Counted from the first letter of the stretch, positions 1-9,832 are shown. The stretch is DNA of 64,000 nucleotides from an uncultured Bacilli bacterium (GCA_947627435.1 CANQWB010000001.1:7952-71951); one strand, 5' to 3'. Notes: generated by a model from the letters alone, not told the origin. A program made the numbers and translations.

Positions 1-38
1 TAAAAGAAAAACCAGATGTATTATTATACGCAAAAGAG

Positions 39-359
39 TCATAGACTCTTTTTGATTTCATCAATTTCATGTTGCATCGCTTGTACCATTTTTTGCAACA
101 TGGCAACAGTTTCTGAAGGAGTAGGGGTTGTTGCATTACTTGTTCCTTGTGCACGTTCTGCTTGAACTTGTTTATAGTAAGCATTGGTACAAAGCACTTG
201 TGCAGTTAACATGAGCCAGTTTCCTAGAGCATTTTGTTCATTGGCTGTTGTATCATCAATGAGTAAATAACCAACAATGACAGCACTAAATGAAAATACT
301 TTGGGGGAGACATCTGGTATAATACGCATAGAATCCCTCCCTATCATAATATATGACAA
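39..359 (-). CDS. hypothetical protein (106 aa) downstream of cotJC
   Basis: Complete ORF with N-terminal hydrophobic stretch, co-oriented with cotJB-cotJC; no recognisable motif. Confidence 0.35.
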   Translation of the reverse strand: MSYIMIGRDSMRIIPDVSPKVFSFSAVIVGYLLIDDTTANEQNALGNWLMLTAQVLCTNAYYKQVQAERAQGTSNATTPTPSETVAMLQKMVQAMQHEIDEIKKSL

Positions 360-394
360 TTTATAGAGAATTCATAACTACAAAAGAACTCTTT

Positions 395-961
395 TTATGA
401 GTTCTTTGTTTGCATTTCTAAATAATAATTACGTAATTCTTTAAAACGTTGATAATGGATAATTTCTCTTTGTCTTAAGAATGAAAGTGGCCCTAAAATA
501 TCAGGATCATTGGTCATATCCATTAAGTGTTCATAAGTAGCACGAGCTCTTTGTTCCGCAGCCATATCACTTTCAATATTGGCAATTGGATCTCCAGCTG
601 TTTTAATATAAGCCATTGTAAACGGATTTCCGAATGAATCAGATGGGAATAAGTCGACACCAAATTGTGCATAACTAGGACCTAATCCAGCAGCTTCTAA
701 TTCTTCTACGGTAGCACCATTCATTAATTGATATAACATAGTAGAAATTATTTCGACATGGGCAAGCTCTTCAGTACCAATATCTGTTAATAGTGCTTTT
801 CCTTTTTCATCTGGCATTGTATATCTTTGATTTAAATATTGCCATGCAGCTGATAGTTCTCCGGCAGGGCCTCCATATTGTGTTAATATATATCTAGCCA
901 TACGGAGATCTTTATTTTTAATATTTACTGGATATTCTAATTTTTTCTTATAAATCCACAT
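395..961 (-). CDS. cotJC: spore coat protein CotJC (manganese catalase-like ferritin fold)
   Basis: 188 aa; N-term MWIYKKKLEYPVNIKNKD and internal EELAHVEII di-iron motifs typical of CotJC/Mn-catalase family; immediately downstream of cotJB. Confidence 0.85.
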   Translation of the reverse strand: MWIYKKKLEYPVNIKNKDLRMARYILTQYGGPAGELSAAWQYLNQRYTMPDEKGKALLTDIGTEELAHVEIISTMLYQLMNGATVEELEAAGLGPSYAQFGVDLFPSDSFGNPFTMAYIKTAGDPIANIESDMAAEQRARATYEHLMDMTNDPDILGPLSFLRQREIIHYQRFKELRNYYLEMQTKNS

Positions 962-973
962 AACTTTTCCTCC

Positions 974-1426
974 TTATTGATTTTCCCATGGCCATGGACG
1001 ATTATCCCAAGCCCAAGGATATGTATTAGATGCGTCACTATCGACTAAGATAGGACCATATTTGTTTTCATATTCAGATCTTACACGATCGGCTTCCATA
1101 CGATATTGATTAAATAATGAAATCATATCTCTATCATTTGGATAAATATCTAAGTATAAGTTTATATCAATAGTAGCGAATGAAAGCGCATCTAAGTAGA
1201 TAAGCATTTGATCTTTTTCACTTTTTACTGTTAAATCCATAGGTTGTTCGAATTTATACCAATTATACAAATCTGGAAACATATTTCCACGAATAAATCC
1301 TTGATATGGATCATATAGTGATGCTGGATTGGCATCTTCTGTATAATATGGTTGATTAAAATTCATATTGTTATAGTAATTTAAATTTCTATCTTGGTAA
1401 CTGTACATAAAATTTTCCCCTTTCAC
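974..1426 (-). CDS. cotJB: spore coat protein CotJB-like
   Basis: Contains CotJB signature INLYLDIYPND and C-terminal PWPWE; position directly upstream of cotJC; N-terminal extension relative to B. subtilis CotJB. Confidence 0.7.
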   Translation of the reverse strand: MKGENFMYSYQDRNLNYYNNMNFNQPYYTEDANPASLYDPYQGFIRGNMFPDLYNWYKFEQPMDLTVKSEKDQMLIYLDALSFATIDINLYLDIYPNDRDMISLFNQYRMEADRVRSEYENKYGPILVDSDASNTYPWAWDNRPWPWENQ

Positions 1427-1598
1427 CTTATCATATGGTTTTTTATCTAGTGTGTATGGGTGTCTAACTATATGTGATGTTCGAACATTATTTTTTATGA
1501 TTGAGACAACTTTTCCTCATTTATATATATCCTATTGTAAAATTTTGAAAAAAGGGTTGAATAAAGTTCGCTAATAGTATACAAATTATAGTAAGGTC

Positions 1599-2309
1599 GT
1601 GTGGTGTATGATTCATTATATTGTATGTGATGATAAAGCAGTATTTAGAGAAGAAGTAGTACAAGTAATAGATCGTGTTATGATGCATAATAACATGGAA
1701 TATGAAAAATATTTATTTGATTGTTATGATGAAAAGTTTATGGAAGTTTTAAATCATAAAACATCACTTAAAATCTATATACTAGATATTGAAGTGCATG
1801 GAAAATCAGGAATTAATATTGCCAAACTTATTCGTAAAAATGATATTGATAGTATGCTTATTTTTTGTACAGCGTATTATCAAAAATATGAAAAAGATAT
1901 GTTAAAAAGTCGATTTTTGTTTTTAGATTTTATTGACAAAAATGGAGATTATCAAAAAGAATTAGAAGAATCTATTACCTATGCATTAAAAACATTAAGT
2001 ATGAAAAAAATCATTCGTTTTAAAAATCAAAATATTATACACACAATTGCTATGAATGATATTTTATATATTATGAGAGACAAAGATCGTAAATGTACGA
2101 TTCAAACAACTGATAATCAAATTATTGTGAATAAACCTTTAGTAGAATTCAAAAAAATGTTAGATGATCGTTTTGTCTATTCACATCGAGCATGTATTGT
2201 CAATTATGATAGAATTATACAGTTTGATAAAAAGAATCGTACGATTTTGTTTGATAATCATATGGGTACAGATTTAGTATCTTCTCGTTTTCATATGAAA
2301 GATGAATAA
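1599..2309 (+). CDS. LytTR-family response regulator (orphan, no adjacent kinase)
   Basis: 236 aa; N-terminal receiver-like domain and C-terminal LytTR DNA-binding domain; paralogous to regulator at 40163-40885 (shared YILDIE.. and LytTR C-terminus). Confidence 0.8.
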   Translation: MWCMIHYIVCDDKAVFREEVVQVIDRVMMHNNMEYEKYLFDCYDEKFMEVLNHKTSLKIYILDIEVHGKSGINIAKLIRKNDIDSMLIFCTAYYQKYEKDMLKSRFLFLDFIDKNGDYQKELEESITYALKTLSMKKIIRFKNQNIIHTIAMNDILYIMRDKDRKCTIQTTDNQIIVNKPLVEFKKMLDDRFVYSHRACIVNYDRIIQFDKKNRTILFDNHMGTDLVSSRFHMKDE

Positions 2310-2385
2310 GTTACTAAATTTTATCAAAAAGTCTTGCTTATTCATTGATTTATTGATAAAATATAACATGTAACTTATGTTACAT

Positions 2386-2462
2386 GGCGTGGTTGGTGAA
2401 GTGGTTAACACGGTGGATTGTGGTTCCATTATGCGTGGGTTCGATTCCCACATCGCGCCCCA
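2386..2462 (+). tRNA. tRNA-His (anticodon GTG)
   Basis: Hand-folded cloverleaf; extra G-1 typical of tRNA-His; anticodon loop TTGTGGT; T-loop GGTTCGATTCC; encoded CCA. Confidence 0.9.
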
Positions 2463-2711
2463 TTTATAAAAGAGAGCAAACTTGTATTAAGTTTGTTTTT
2501 TTATAAAATAAAATTAAAGCAAAATAAGACGAAAAAAAAGTAAAAATCAAAAAATTAATTTACTAATGTATATTATTTTATAACTTAATAAAAAAATAGA
2601 GGGATATTGTATGAAAAAACCTCTATTTTACGATATGAAGAATTTTAAAGGTATTCAAGAAGAATTAGTAGAATTATTAAATGTATAAAAAAGCTAGAAC
2701 AACTAGCTTTT

Positions 2712-3179
2712 TTATTTTGAAAATGTAACTGTTACATTGCCATTACCTAAATCAGGTAGATTCTCAATATATCCTATTTTCGTATAACTGTAAATTGTAT
2801 CAAAAGATTCATAAAATAAAACCAAACAATTATTACCATAAAGCATAATGTCGCCTTTTTCAATATGCTTAGGGTTATATGGATTTGTTGGTAAGTTATA
2901 ATCCATATAAATATATTTCTCATTACCATTTAACTCAGTCAATGTAAATTGTTGTGGTAATAAATTAAAAAAAGCTTTAGCTGTGGCATTTTGTTCTAGT
3001 GTTGCATAATAATTTTTTTCATTAATAGTAACCTGTATCATTTTATCTAGATTTTCCATATTTTCATTTACCTCACTTTGACTATAGGGATTTGTTTGCT
3101 TTGCGATTTTGTGATTGGAACAACTAGTCATTGTAAATATTATAAAAATGAACCCATAAATTAATATTTTTGTTTTCAT
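2712..3179 (-). CDS. putative lipoprotein
   Basis: Signal peptide plus lipobox-like MTSC at N-terminus; 155 aa; bidirectional terminator hairpin at 2688-2714. Confidence 0.55.
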   Translation of the reverse strand: MKTKILIYGFIFIIFTMTSCSNHKIAKQTNPYSQSEVNENMENLDKMIQVTINEKNYYATLEQNATAKAFFNLLPQQFTLTELNGNEKYIYMDYNLPTNPYNPKHIEKGDIMLYGNNCLVLFYESFDTIYSYTKIGYIENLPDLGNGNVTVTFSK

Positions 3180-3306
3180 TTTTTGTTATCCTTTCATTCT
3201 TATTGAATATGATAAAATTCTATTTATCATCTAAATATAGTATATATAAAAATATAATAAATTAGATAAATAACATTGAAAATATCATTGTATGAGAAGT
3301 AGCTTT

Positions 3307-3810
3307 TTATCGTAATGTTTTATTTCGTAATTCTAACTCTTCCTGTATTTGTTCATATTGAATCCACTCATCATTCATATCAGCTTTACCTACTTTAACA
3401 ATAGTCATATGATAGGTTTCATTTATTTTCTGATAAATATTTAATATTTTTTGTAATTGTATTTCAGTGAGTTCTTCTAAAGAATTGATATATAAAATAC
3501 CACCATTATATATTCTGTTTTCAGAACTGCATCCTTGATATGGTAAACACCCAAAATCATCTAATAATATTTGAAACAAAATACCTGTATTATTTTGTTT
3601 TGCAACACTTTTAATTTCATTTGTGTTCTTACCCGTTTTAGTAATTCCAACTTTTCCAATACCACCTGTAAGTTTCAATATTTCTTTTCCAATGACATTT
3701 TGGAAGAAACGATTATGATTTTCAGTTGTCATGGAAATAATATTACCTTCTTTTGTAATGACGAATCCGGGTGTATAAGGATCCATTGTTATTTCATCTA
3801 CATATTCCAT
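3307..3810 (-). CDS. hypothetical protein
   Basis: 167-aa ORF, no recognised motif. Confidence 0.45.
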   Translation of the reverse strand: MEYVDEITMDPYTPGFVITKEGNIISMTTENHNRFFQNVIGKEILKLTGGIGKVGITKTGKNTNEIKSVAKQNNTGILFQILLDDFGCLPYQGCSSENRIYNGGILYINSLEELTEIQLQKILNIYQKINETYHMTIVKVGKADMNDEWIQYEQIQEELELRNKTLR

Positions 3811-3921
3811 GTTATCACCTTATAACATTATAGCATAAATTCATATATTTCACTACTGACTGAATAAGTCATAGTTTTTTTGTATGAAATTTTGTATAAT
3901 CGGTACAAAGAGGTGAAGAAC

Positions 3922-4050
3922 ATGAATCAACAAAAAATGGGAAAATTTATTGCAGAATTGAGGGTAGAGCACCACTATACACAAAAAGAAATAGGAGATA
4001 AATTAGGAATTTCGGATAACTCTGTATCAAAATGGGAACGCGGACTATGA
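3922..4050 (+). pseudogene. 5-prime fragment (HTH_XRE N-terminus) of an XRE::ABC-ATPase fusion gene disrupted by element insertion
   Basis: Encodes MNQQKMGKFIAELRVEHHYTQKEIGDKLGISDNSVSKWERG then runs into foreign sequence and stops; the missing HTH C-terminus (INAPDIYYLTTLAELFDVTVKELLNGE) reappears in frame at 14122 fused to an ABC ATPase. Confidence 0.65.
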
Positions 4051-4339
4051 CCTTACAAATGACACAAAATAAAAATATACAAGATTTGCTTTATTTTAAA
4101 GGGAAAATTGAAGAAACAAACATAATTGTAAAACACGAAGAAAAAGCAAAAATTGATTATAATTTAAGTATTATGGTATCAATAAACATATAAAATAAGA
4201 AAATGTCCTCTAATTGATACAAATACTTAATAAAACTAAAATAAAGTAAAAACTTATAATAATTCGGTTATGAAATTAACAAAGGTATGTGAGAAATCAT
4301 ATCTTTTTTATTTTGTGTAAAGAAAGTGAGGAATGATAT

Positions 4340-5620
4340 ATGAATTATGGAATATTTAGAAGTGAGCCAATAATGACTATAAATGATTTAGCACAAATAG
4401 GATCTCATAACAAACGTGAGAAAAAAGCCTATAAAAGTAACCCTAATATTAAATTAGAATTAACGAAAGATAATATAGAATTAGTACCCTTAAAAGAAAA
4501 ATATGTTAAGGGCTTTAAAATGCTTGTAAAAGACTATGAAAAAGAACACAACGAAAGAATGAAAACTGAAAGAGATGATAGAAAACGAACTTTTAATGAA
4601 ATGTTAAATAAATCTAAAAGTGTTGTTGCAGATGAATTAATGTTTACAGCAACACATAAGTTTTTTGATAATATGAGTAAAGAAGAAATAATGAGGTGGG
4701 CTGATACTTGTATGGATTTTGTTTACAATGATTTAGGTTATAAAAAAGAACAAGTATTACACGCAACAATCCACATGGATGAACTAACACCTCACATTCA
4801 TTGTGTAGTTGTTCCACTTGTTAAAAAATTAGATAAAAGAACAAATACTGAAAGATTTACTATTTCAAAAAAACAATATATTAAAGACAATATTCACTTA
4901 TCAGAATTACAAGATGTTTATAATTTAAGATTAAAGGAAGCAGGATTTGAACTAGAACGAGGTATTAAAAATAGTGATAGAAAACACATTAAAATTAAAG
5001 AATTTAAGAAAACCACTAGATATTATGAAAATAAAGTAACCACTATCAATAAAAATCTTGATAATGCTATGAACGATTTTGAAGAAAAAATGAAAACAAC
5101 CAAAAGTACCATTATTGATAAAGAATATGTAAAGGTTAGAAAAGACACTTTTGATAGTATGAATAATGTTATACAAGAAACAAAAAAAGCAATAGAATTT
5201 CAACCTAAAATAGAGCAATTATTTAATGAAGTTAATACCTACACTACAAGTCATCAAACACTAGAAAAAGAAAATAAGAATCTTCAAAGAGAAGTAAAAG
5301 CACTTACTACTAGAAATCAAAACTTAACAAAAGAGAATAACAACCTTAAAACCTATTTAAAAGCCATTTTAGAGGCAATTAAACACTTTTTTAGAGAAAT
5401 ACTACAAATTGGTAATGAACCTACAAAAGAAGCCACTACAAGCGAAATAAAGGACTATTATAATAATGAGGATTTTGACTCCAATGATGTTTATGATATT
5501 TCCAAAGGAACAACCAAAGAAGATGAATTATTTGATTATGCAGAAATTCCTAGTTATTTAAAAACCAGCAAAAAATCTTATAAAGAAAAAGACAAAGATG
5601 ACTACGAAATGAGCCTATAA
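4340..5620 (+). CDS. MobV-family relaxase (plasmid recombination enzyme Mob/Pre)
   Basis: 426 aa; signature HATIHMDELTPHIHCVVVPL (HxDE...PHxH motif III of MobV/Pre relaxases); coiled-coil C-terminus. Confidence 0.85.
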   Translation: MNYGIFRSEPIMTINDLAQIGSHNKREKKAYKSNPNIKLELTKDNIELVPLKEKYVKGFKMLVKDYEKEHNERMKTERDDRKRTFNEMLNKSKSVVADELMFTATHKFFDNMSKEEIMRWADTCMDFVYNDLGYKKEQVLHATIHMDELTPHIHCVVVPLVKKLDKRTNTERFTISKKQYIKDNIHLSELQDVYNLRLKEAGFELERGIKNSDRKHIKIKEFKKTTRYYENKVTTINKNLDNAMNDFEEKMKTTKSTIIDKEYVKVRKDTFDSMNNVIQETKKAIEFQPKIEQLFNEVNTYTTSHQTLEKENKNLQREVKALTTRNQNLTKENNNLKTYLKAILEAIKHFFREILQIGNEPTKEATTSEIKDYYNNEDFDSNDVYDISKGTTKEDELFDYAEIPSYLKTSKKSYKEKDKDDYEMSL

Positions 5621-5662
5621 GAAAAGTGAGATATGTTATTGATTTAGCATATTCTCACTTTT

Positions 5663-6091
5663 TTATTTTCTTAAAAACTCATCAATAGAAAGATTATGAT
5701 TTTTACAGATTGTATATAAAGTTAATGTTGTTATCAAACTCATACCTATTTCATAATGACTATAAGTAGAACGAGATATAGAACATTCATCAGCAATTTC
5801 TTGTTGAGTTAAGCCTAATTTAGTTCTCAATGATTTTAGTTTCTTTCCAATTTTGACTTGGTTAATCACTATGTTATTTGTATGTTCTTGATTTTCTCTA
5901 GTTAGTCCTAAAACAAAATCTATTGAATAATTAAATTGATTACAGAACTTTACTAATTTCTTTAATGGTATAGAATCATAAGCATTTTCCCAACCACGAA
6001 CTGTTGAATTACTTACACCAAATATATTACCCAATTCAGTTTGTGTCATCTCTAATTCTTCTCTACAATACTTTAAATTATTTCCTATCAT
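5663..6091 (-). CDS. XRE-family transcriptional regulator with two tandem HTH_3 domains
   Basis: Two Cro/C1-type HTH units (QTELGNIFGVSNSTVRGWEN.. and QQEIADECSISRSTYSHYE..). Confidence 0.8.
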   Translation of the reverse strand: MIGNNLKYCREELEMTQTELGNIFGVSNSTVRGWENAYDSIPLKKLVKFCNQFNYSIDFVLGLTRENQEHTNNIVINQVKIGKKLKSLRTKLGLTQQEIADECSISRSTYSHYEIGMSLITTLTLYTICKNHNLSIDEFLRK

Positions 6092-6192
6092 ATATGTTTC
6101 ACCATAATAATTTTCCCATCAAATTTTAATTTGATACGAAAATAGCGGGTAATGTATCAAAAATGTGATATAATCTTTTATAGAAAGGGGAA

Positions 6193-6495
6193 ATGAATAT
6201 GTATTTAAGTTTCAAAGATATTTGTTTATGTGTTTTAAAGGCTCTTATATTAACCTTAATCTTTGTAGCATTAATAGGCTTAATAATGTTTGATTACAAA
6301 ATTGGAATTAATTATTGTGATTTAATGAATATACCGAGAGATTTAGCACTTTCTGTTATGAGTTTAGGTATGGCAATAAATATCACTATTATTATGTTTG
6401 TAATAGAAATAATTGTATTGTATTTTATTATTAAAAAACTTAAACGAATTCAGTTATTTAACAATATTTGTGAATTTTTAAGTATTGATTATTGA
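6193..6495 (+). CDS. small integral membrane protein (3 predicted TM)
   Basis: 100 aa, three hydrophobic helices. Confidence 0.4.
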   Translation: MNMYLSFKDICLCVLKALILTLIFVALIGLIMFDYKIGINYCDLMNIPRDLALSVMSLGMAINITIIMFVIEIIVLYFIIKKLKRIQLFNNICEFLSIDY

Positions 6496-6593
6496 TAAAA
6501 GATTATTAAATCTAGTTAAAATCATTAAGAAAAAGTGATATAATTATATTACAAAGTGATGCAGAAATAGTAATTTGTTGAATAGGAGGAATT

Positions 6594-7814
6594 ATGAAAA
6601 AACAAATTAAAATAATTTTAGTAGTTATAATAAGTCTTATAGTTTTATATGGTGTATTATTCTTTGTTGATATGAACAGAGTTAAGCACTTAAAAAGACC
6701 TATATTTTGTGTAGAAAATGGATATATGGGTAGTATGACAAGATATGATGGTTTAGGATATAAAATAGGTCTTGATATTAACGCAACAACAGGAGAAATA
6801 ACTTATGGACAAATGACTATATTAGGACAAACTATTGTCAAATCATATAGTGAAAATGAAGATAATAAAGCAACAGATGATTATGATAAGCAATTAGTAC
6901 AATGTTTAGAAAGCCAATTAGGAGGCTATCTTGTAACCGAAAAAGATGATTTAATAGAAATACCTTTGAGTGAAATAAAAAATAGTGATAAAGAAAAAAT
7001 CTCCTATTATAAAGGAGTATATGCTAGTAATCATCCAAATAATATTTATGTAATGGTTTTTCCAAAAAATGGAACTTATGAATCTAGTGTAATGAAAGAT
7101 TTTGATAAATATTTTTATGAAAAATTTTCTGTATATCAAAAGTATGAAAGTCCTACTACTCCAACAATTTACATTCATACTAATGACAACGATGTAGATT
7201 TCAAAGAAATCACTAACAAGTGTGTAACTAGGAAAAATACTGAAAATGGTAAATCTATTCCTACAGAAACATTAAATAAAATTAATGACACTACTAAAAT
7301 AATTATAAAATCTAGTCAAGAAGAGTTAGGAACAATAACCGATAAAGAAAAACTGACAGAAATATTAAGTGCTATTTCAAGCAGTAAAAGATATGGCGAA
7401 GTATGTACTTCTGATGGACATGGATTTGAATTTAATATGTATGACAAAAATAATAAACTTATTGATACCATTTATATTTGGGGTGATGGTGCAAGATTAA
7501 TGCCTAAAAGTCTTAATGGTTGTCCTTATGTAACCACAGATAATACTGATTTAAGAAAAATAATTGAAGATACAACTGATTATATATTTTCTGGAATTTT
7601 AGATTTTAGAGATGATATTAATCAAACAGAGCAAACATTAATATACAAAGATGGTAAAAATAGTTATTATTTAAATAGTAAAGATCCTAATGAAATATTG
7701 ATTAAATTTATGTTAAATAATAAAGTAATGACTCTTAAATATGCTTTAGAAAATAAATATATTTCAGCAGAAAAAGTTGCTAGTGAGTATCCAGATATAT
7801 TGATAAGAAAATAA
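6594..7814 (+). CDS. membrane-anchored protein, N-terminal domain paralogous to 8414-8950 (GLGYK motif)
   Basis: N-terminal TM, then KRPIFCVENGYMGSMTRYDGLGYKIGL resembling EPKYCIKIVSNDGSKVTYWGLGYKVIRYV of the downstream paralog. Confidence 0.5.
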   Translation: MKKQIKIILVVIISLIVLYGVLFFVDMNRVKHLKRPIFCVENGYMGSMTRYDGLGYKIGLDINATTGEITYGQMTILGQTIVKSYSENEDNKATDDYDKQLVQCLESQLGGYLVTEKDDLIEIPLSEIKNSDKEKISYYKGVYASNHPNNIYVMVFPKNGTYESSVMKDFDKYFYEKFSVYQKYESPTTPTIYIHTNDNDVDFKEITNKCVTRKNTENGKSIPTETLNKINDTTKIIIKSSQEELGTITDKEKLTEILSAISSSKRYGEVCTSDGHGFEFNMYDKNNKLIDTIYIWGDGARLMPKSLNGCPYVTTDNTDLRKIIEDTTDYIFSGILDFRDDINQTEQTLIYKDGKNSYYLNSKDPNEILIKFMLNNKVMTLKYALENKYISAEKVASEYPDILIRK

Positions 7815-7824
7815 TAAGTTAAAT

Positions 7825-7837
7825 AAATTACAATTTG
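7825..7837. repeat. palindromic motif AAATT-AC-AATTT copy 1, upstream of 7856 gene
   Basis: Perfect inverted repeat immediately followed by GTAAGGGAG RBS. Confidence 0.4.
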
Positions 7838-7855
7838 TAAGGGAGATGTTGTTTT

Positions 7856-8383
7856 ATGGATAATAAGAAAAAAATAGTAATAGGAGTTGTGATTTTAATT
7901 TTGTTAGTAACTATTGGAGGAGTAATTTACTATACTATTTATAAAGATGTTACTGATAGAGAAAACTTTGATGGAAAAAAAGAAAATTTGGGTAATACTC
8001 CAGTAGATACAACAAGTAACAATTTTGATTTTTATATTGAAAAACCAGAAATTCATAATGATATTAGATTTAATGATTATTTCACTTTTAGTGATAGAAA
8101 GATTTATTTAGCAGGTAATATTGAACAATTTTATGTTATAGATGGAAAAACCATGATTTTAAAGGAATATATTTCAAATGCTAATAGAACAATGAATGAT
8201 AGCATTAAATCGATAACTGATAAATTAGAATTAAAAGATACCTTAAAAGATGGAGGAACAAAGATTTACAAATCAAAAGACAAAGATATTACAATGATAG
8301 TATGTAACACTATTAAAAACGATAAAAATATATTTATTGGGGATTATTCTATGGAATATACAGAAGGAGATTGTAAAAACTAA
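7856..8383 (+). CDS. membrane-anchored small protein (175 aa), cassette member
   Basis: N-terminal TM (KKKIVIGVVILILLV..), start context identical to the next gene. Confidence 0.5.
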   Translation: MDNKKKIVIGVVILILLVTIGGVIYYTIYKDVTDRENFDGKKENLGNTPVDTTSNNFDFYIEKPEIHNDIRFNDYFTFSDRKIYLAGNIEQFYVIDGKTMILKEYISNANRTMNDSIKSITDKLELKDTLKDGGTKIYKSKDKDITMIVCNTIKNDKNIFIGDYSMEYTEGDCKN

Positions 8384-8397
8384 CAAATTACAATTTG
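8384..8397. repeat. palindromic motif CAAATT-AC-AATTTG copy 2, upstream of 8414 gene
   Basis: Perfect 6+2+6 inverted repeat followed by GAAAGGGAA RBS. Confidence 0.4.
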
Positions 8398-8413
8398 AAA
8401 GGGAAATGCGTTT

Positions 8414-8950
8414 ATGAAAAAGAAAATATATATTGGTGCAGGAATAATTTTAGTTATACTTATAGTTGCAGGAATCATAACAAACTATGCAGATAGTGGT
8501 AGAGTAACAACAGGACATGAGCCAAAGTATTGTATTAAAATAGTTAGTAATGATGGTAGTAAAGTGACTTATTGGGGATTAGGTTATAAAGTTATTAGAT
8601 ATGTTGGAGTATCTCCAAATGAGCCTTATGAAAATAATATTGGTGTAAAAATGGGAAGTTGGTTTATGAATTATGATTTACCAAATGAAAAAGTCATCAC
8701 AATAGAATATGAAGGTAAAACAATAGAAATAAATAATTATGATGACATCAATAAAATTTACAATATATTAGTTAATTCAAAATACAACTCTGAAATATGT
8801 GATGGGATAAATACTCACAAAATAATAATAGACAATGAAGTATATTATTTAAAAGAGAGTTGTCAAGAAATTCAAAAAGGAGATAAACAATCAAAAATAT
8901 CAAAAGAAGATTTAGACACAATATTAAAAATAATAGATAGTAATAAGTAA
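8414..8950 (+). CDS. membrane-anchored small protein (178 aa), cassette member
   Basis: N-terminal TM (KKKIYIGAGIILVILIV..), GLGYK motif shared with 6594 gene. Confidence 0.5.
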   Translation: MKKKIYIGAGIILVILIVAGIITNYADSGRVTTGHEPKYCIKIVSNDGSKVTYWGLGYKVIRYVGVSPNEPYENNIGVKMGSWFMNYDLPNEKVITIEYEGKTIEINNYDDINKIYNILVNSKYNSEICDGINTHKIIIDNEVYYLKESCQEIQKGDKQSKISKEDLDTILKIIDSNK

Positions 8951-8952
8951 TA

Positions 8953-8966
8953 CAAATTACAATTTA
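8953..8966. repeat. palindromic motif CAAATT-AC-AATTTA copy 3 (imperfect), after last cassette gene
   Basis: Third copy of the motif, not followed by an ORF. Confidence 0.35.
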
Positions 8967-8971
8967 TAGAA

Positions 8972-9385
8972 CAGATTAAAGCGAGAACCGAGCCAAAAGA
9001 AATTACATAACTAATGGCTCGGTTAAAACCTAGTTCTTGGCGACTAGGTAACACACTACGATATTGGCAAAGCCAATAACGATGTGTGCAAAGGGTGATC
9101 CCTTTTGAAACCCCTTTTAAGCAACATATTACAAAGTTTCACAATGTAATATTGTTGCCTTTTTATTTCACTTACGTTTCATAAAAAGAAAAAAAGGACT
9201 ACAACTTTCATCAGCATAGCTGACAAAACGTGATAGCCTTTTTTTAATGAAAATAACCTTAATGCTAAAGTCTTACGACTAAAGCAAAAAGGTTATTTTT
9301 TTCTTTTGTTATCACAAAAGTATTGATGAATAAAATTACTTTTCCCACTTTCATTGTCTTACGACAACAAAACGTGTTCGTAATT
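8972..9385. other. GC-enriched, highly structured non-coding region (candidate oriT/sso or ncRNA) within the element
   Basis: No ORF; multiple stem-loops (AACCGAGCC..GGCTCGGTT 9 bp; CCTAGT..ACTAGG; CAACATATTACA..TGTAATATTGTTG; AATAACCTT..AAGGTTATT+T-run); GTCTTACGAC direct repeat x2; local GC well above flanks. Confidence 0.4.
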
Positions 9386-9832
9386 TTATTTCTTCTTATT
9401 ATATGTTTTTTCTAATAATCTTGCAGTATCTCTCTTTGCTACATAAATTGCTAAATAAGTAAACACTTCATATACTACCATTACAATAAAGAATCCGATT
9501 ATAATATATTGATTATGTGTGATGCTTTGTTTAACCCATTCAGCACCCTGAATAATTAAATATACTACACCAAAGAATACAGTTGATAATGTAGTAGAGT
9601 CATCAAAAGATCGTTGTATCACTCTTGATTCTTCTTTATCAACATTTAATCCTCTTACACTCCATCTTGCAATTACCATTAACACCAACACCATTAAAAA
9701 TGGAGTAATAACCCAATATAGATTATAACCATAATCATTTTTGAGTATTAAAACGAATACTAAACTTACTAACATAAAAATATTTAATAATACGATTCCA
9801 ATATTTCTTATTAGATTTTTATTTCTTTGCAT
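9386..9832 (-). CDS. integral membrane protein (4 TM), co-transcribed with XRE repressor
   Basis: 148 aa, four hydrophobic segments; overlaps stop of upstream XRE gene by 14 nt. Confidence 0.5.
   Translation of the reverse strand: MQRNKNLIRNIGIVLLNIFMLVSLVFVLILKNDYGYNLYWVITPFLMVLVLMVIARWSVRGLNVDKEESRVIQRSFDDSTTLSTVFFGVVYLIIQGAEWVKQSITHNQYIIIGFFIVMVVYEVFTYLAIYVAKRDTARLLEKTYNKKK

Noticed and set aside
2611-2688. 25-codon ORF MKKPLFYDMKNFKGIQEELVELLNV between tRNA-His and the lipoprotein gene
   Set aside because: Too short with no motif; it sits between two terminator hairpins; cannot be supported without expression data.
3571-3825. Antisense and overlapping short ORFs from the six-frame track (e.g. 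3571-3825, 4952-5218, 6951-7178, 14580-14789, 23253-23621, 38321-38746, 53429-53812)
   Set aside because: They are embedded antisense within longer, motif-supported genes, with low-complexity AT-driven composition (Phe/Ile/Lys/Asn runs); typical spurious ORFs in AT-rich DNA.
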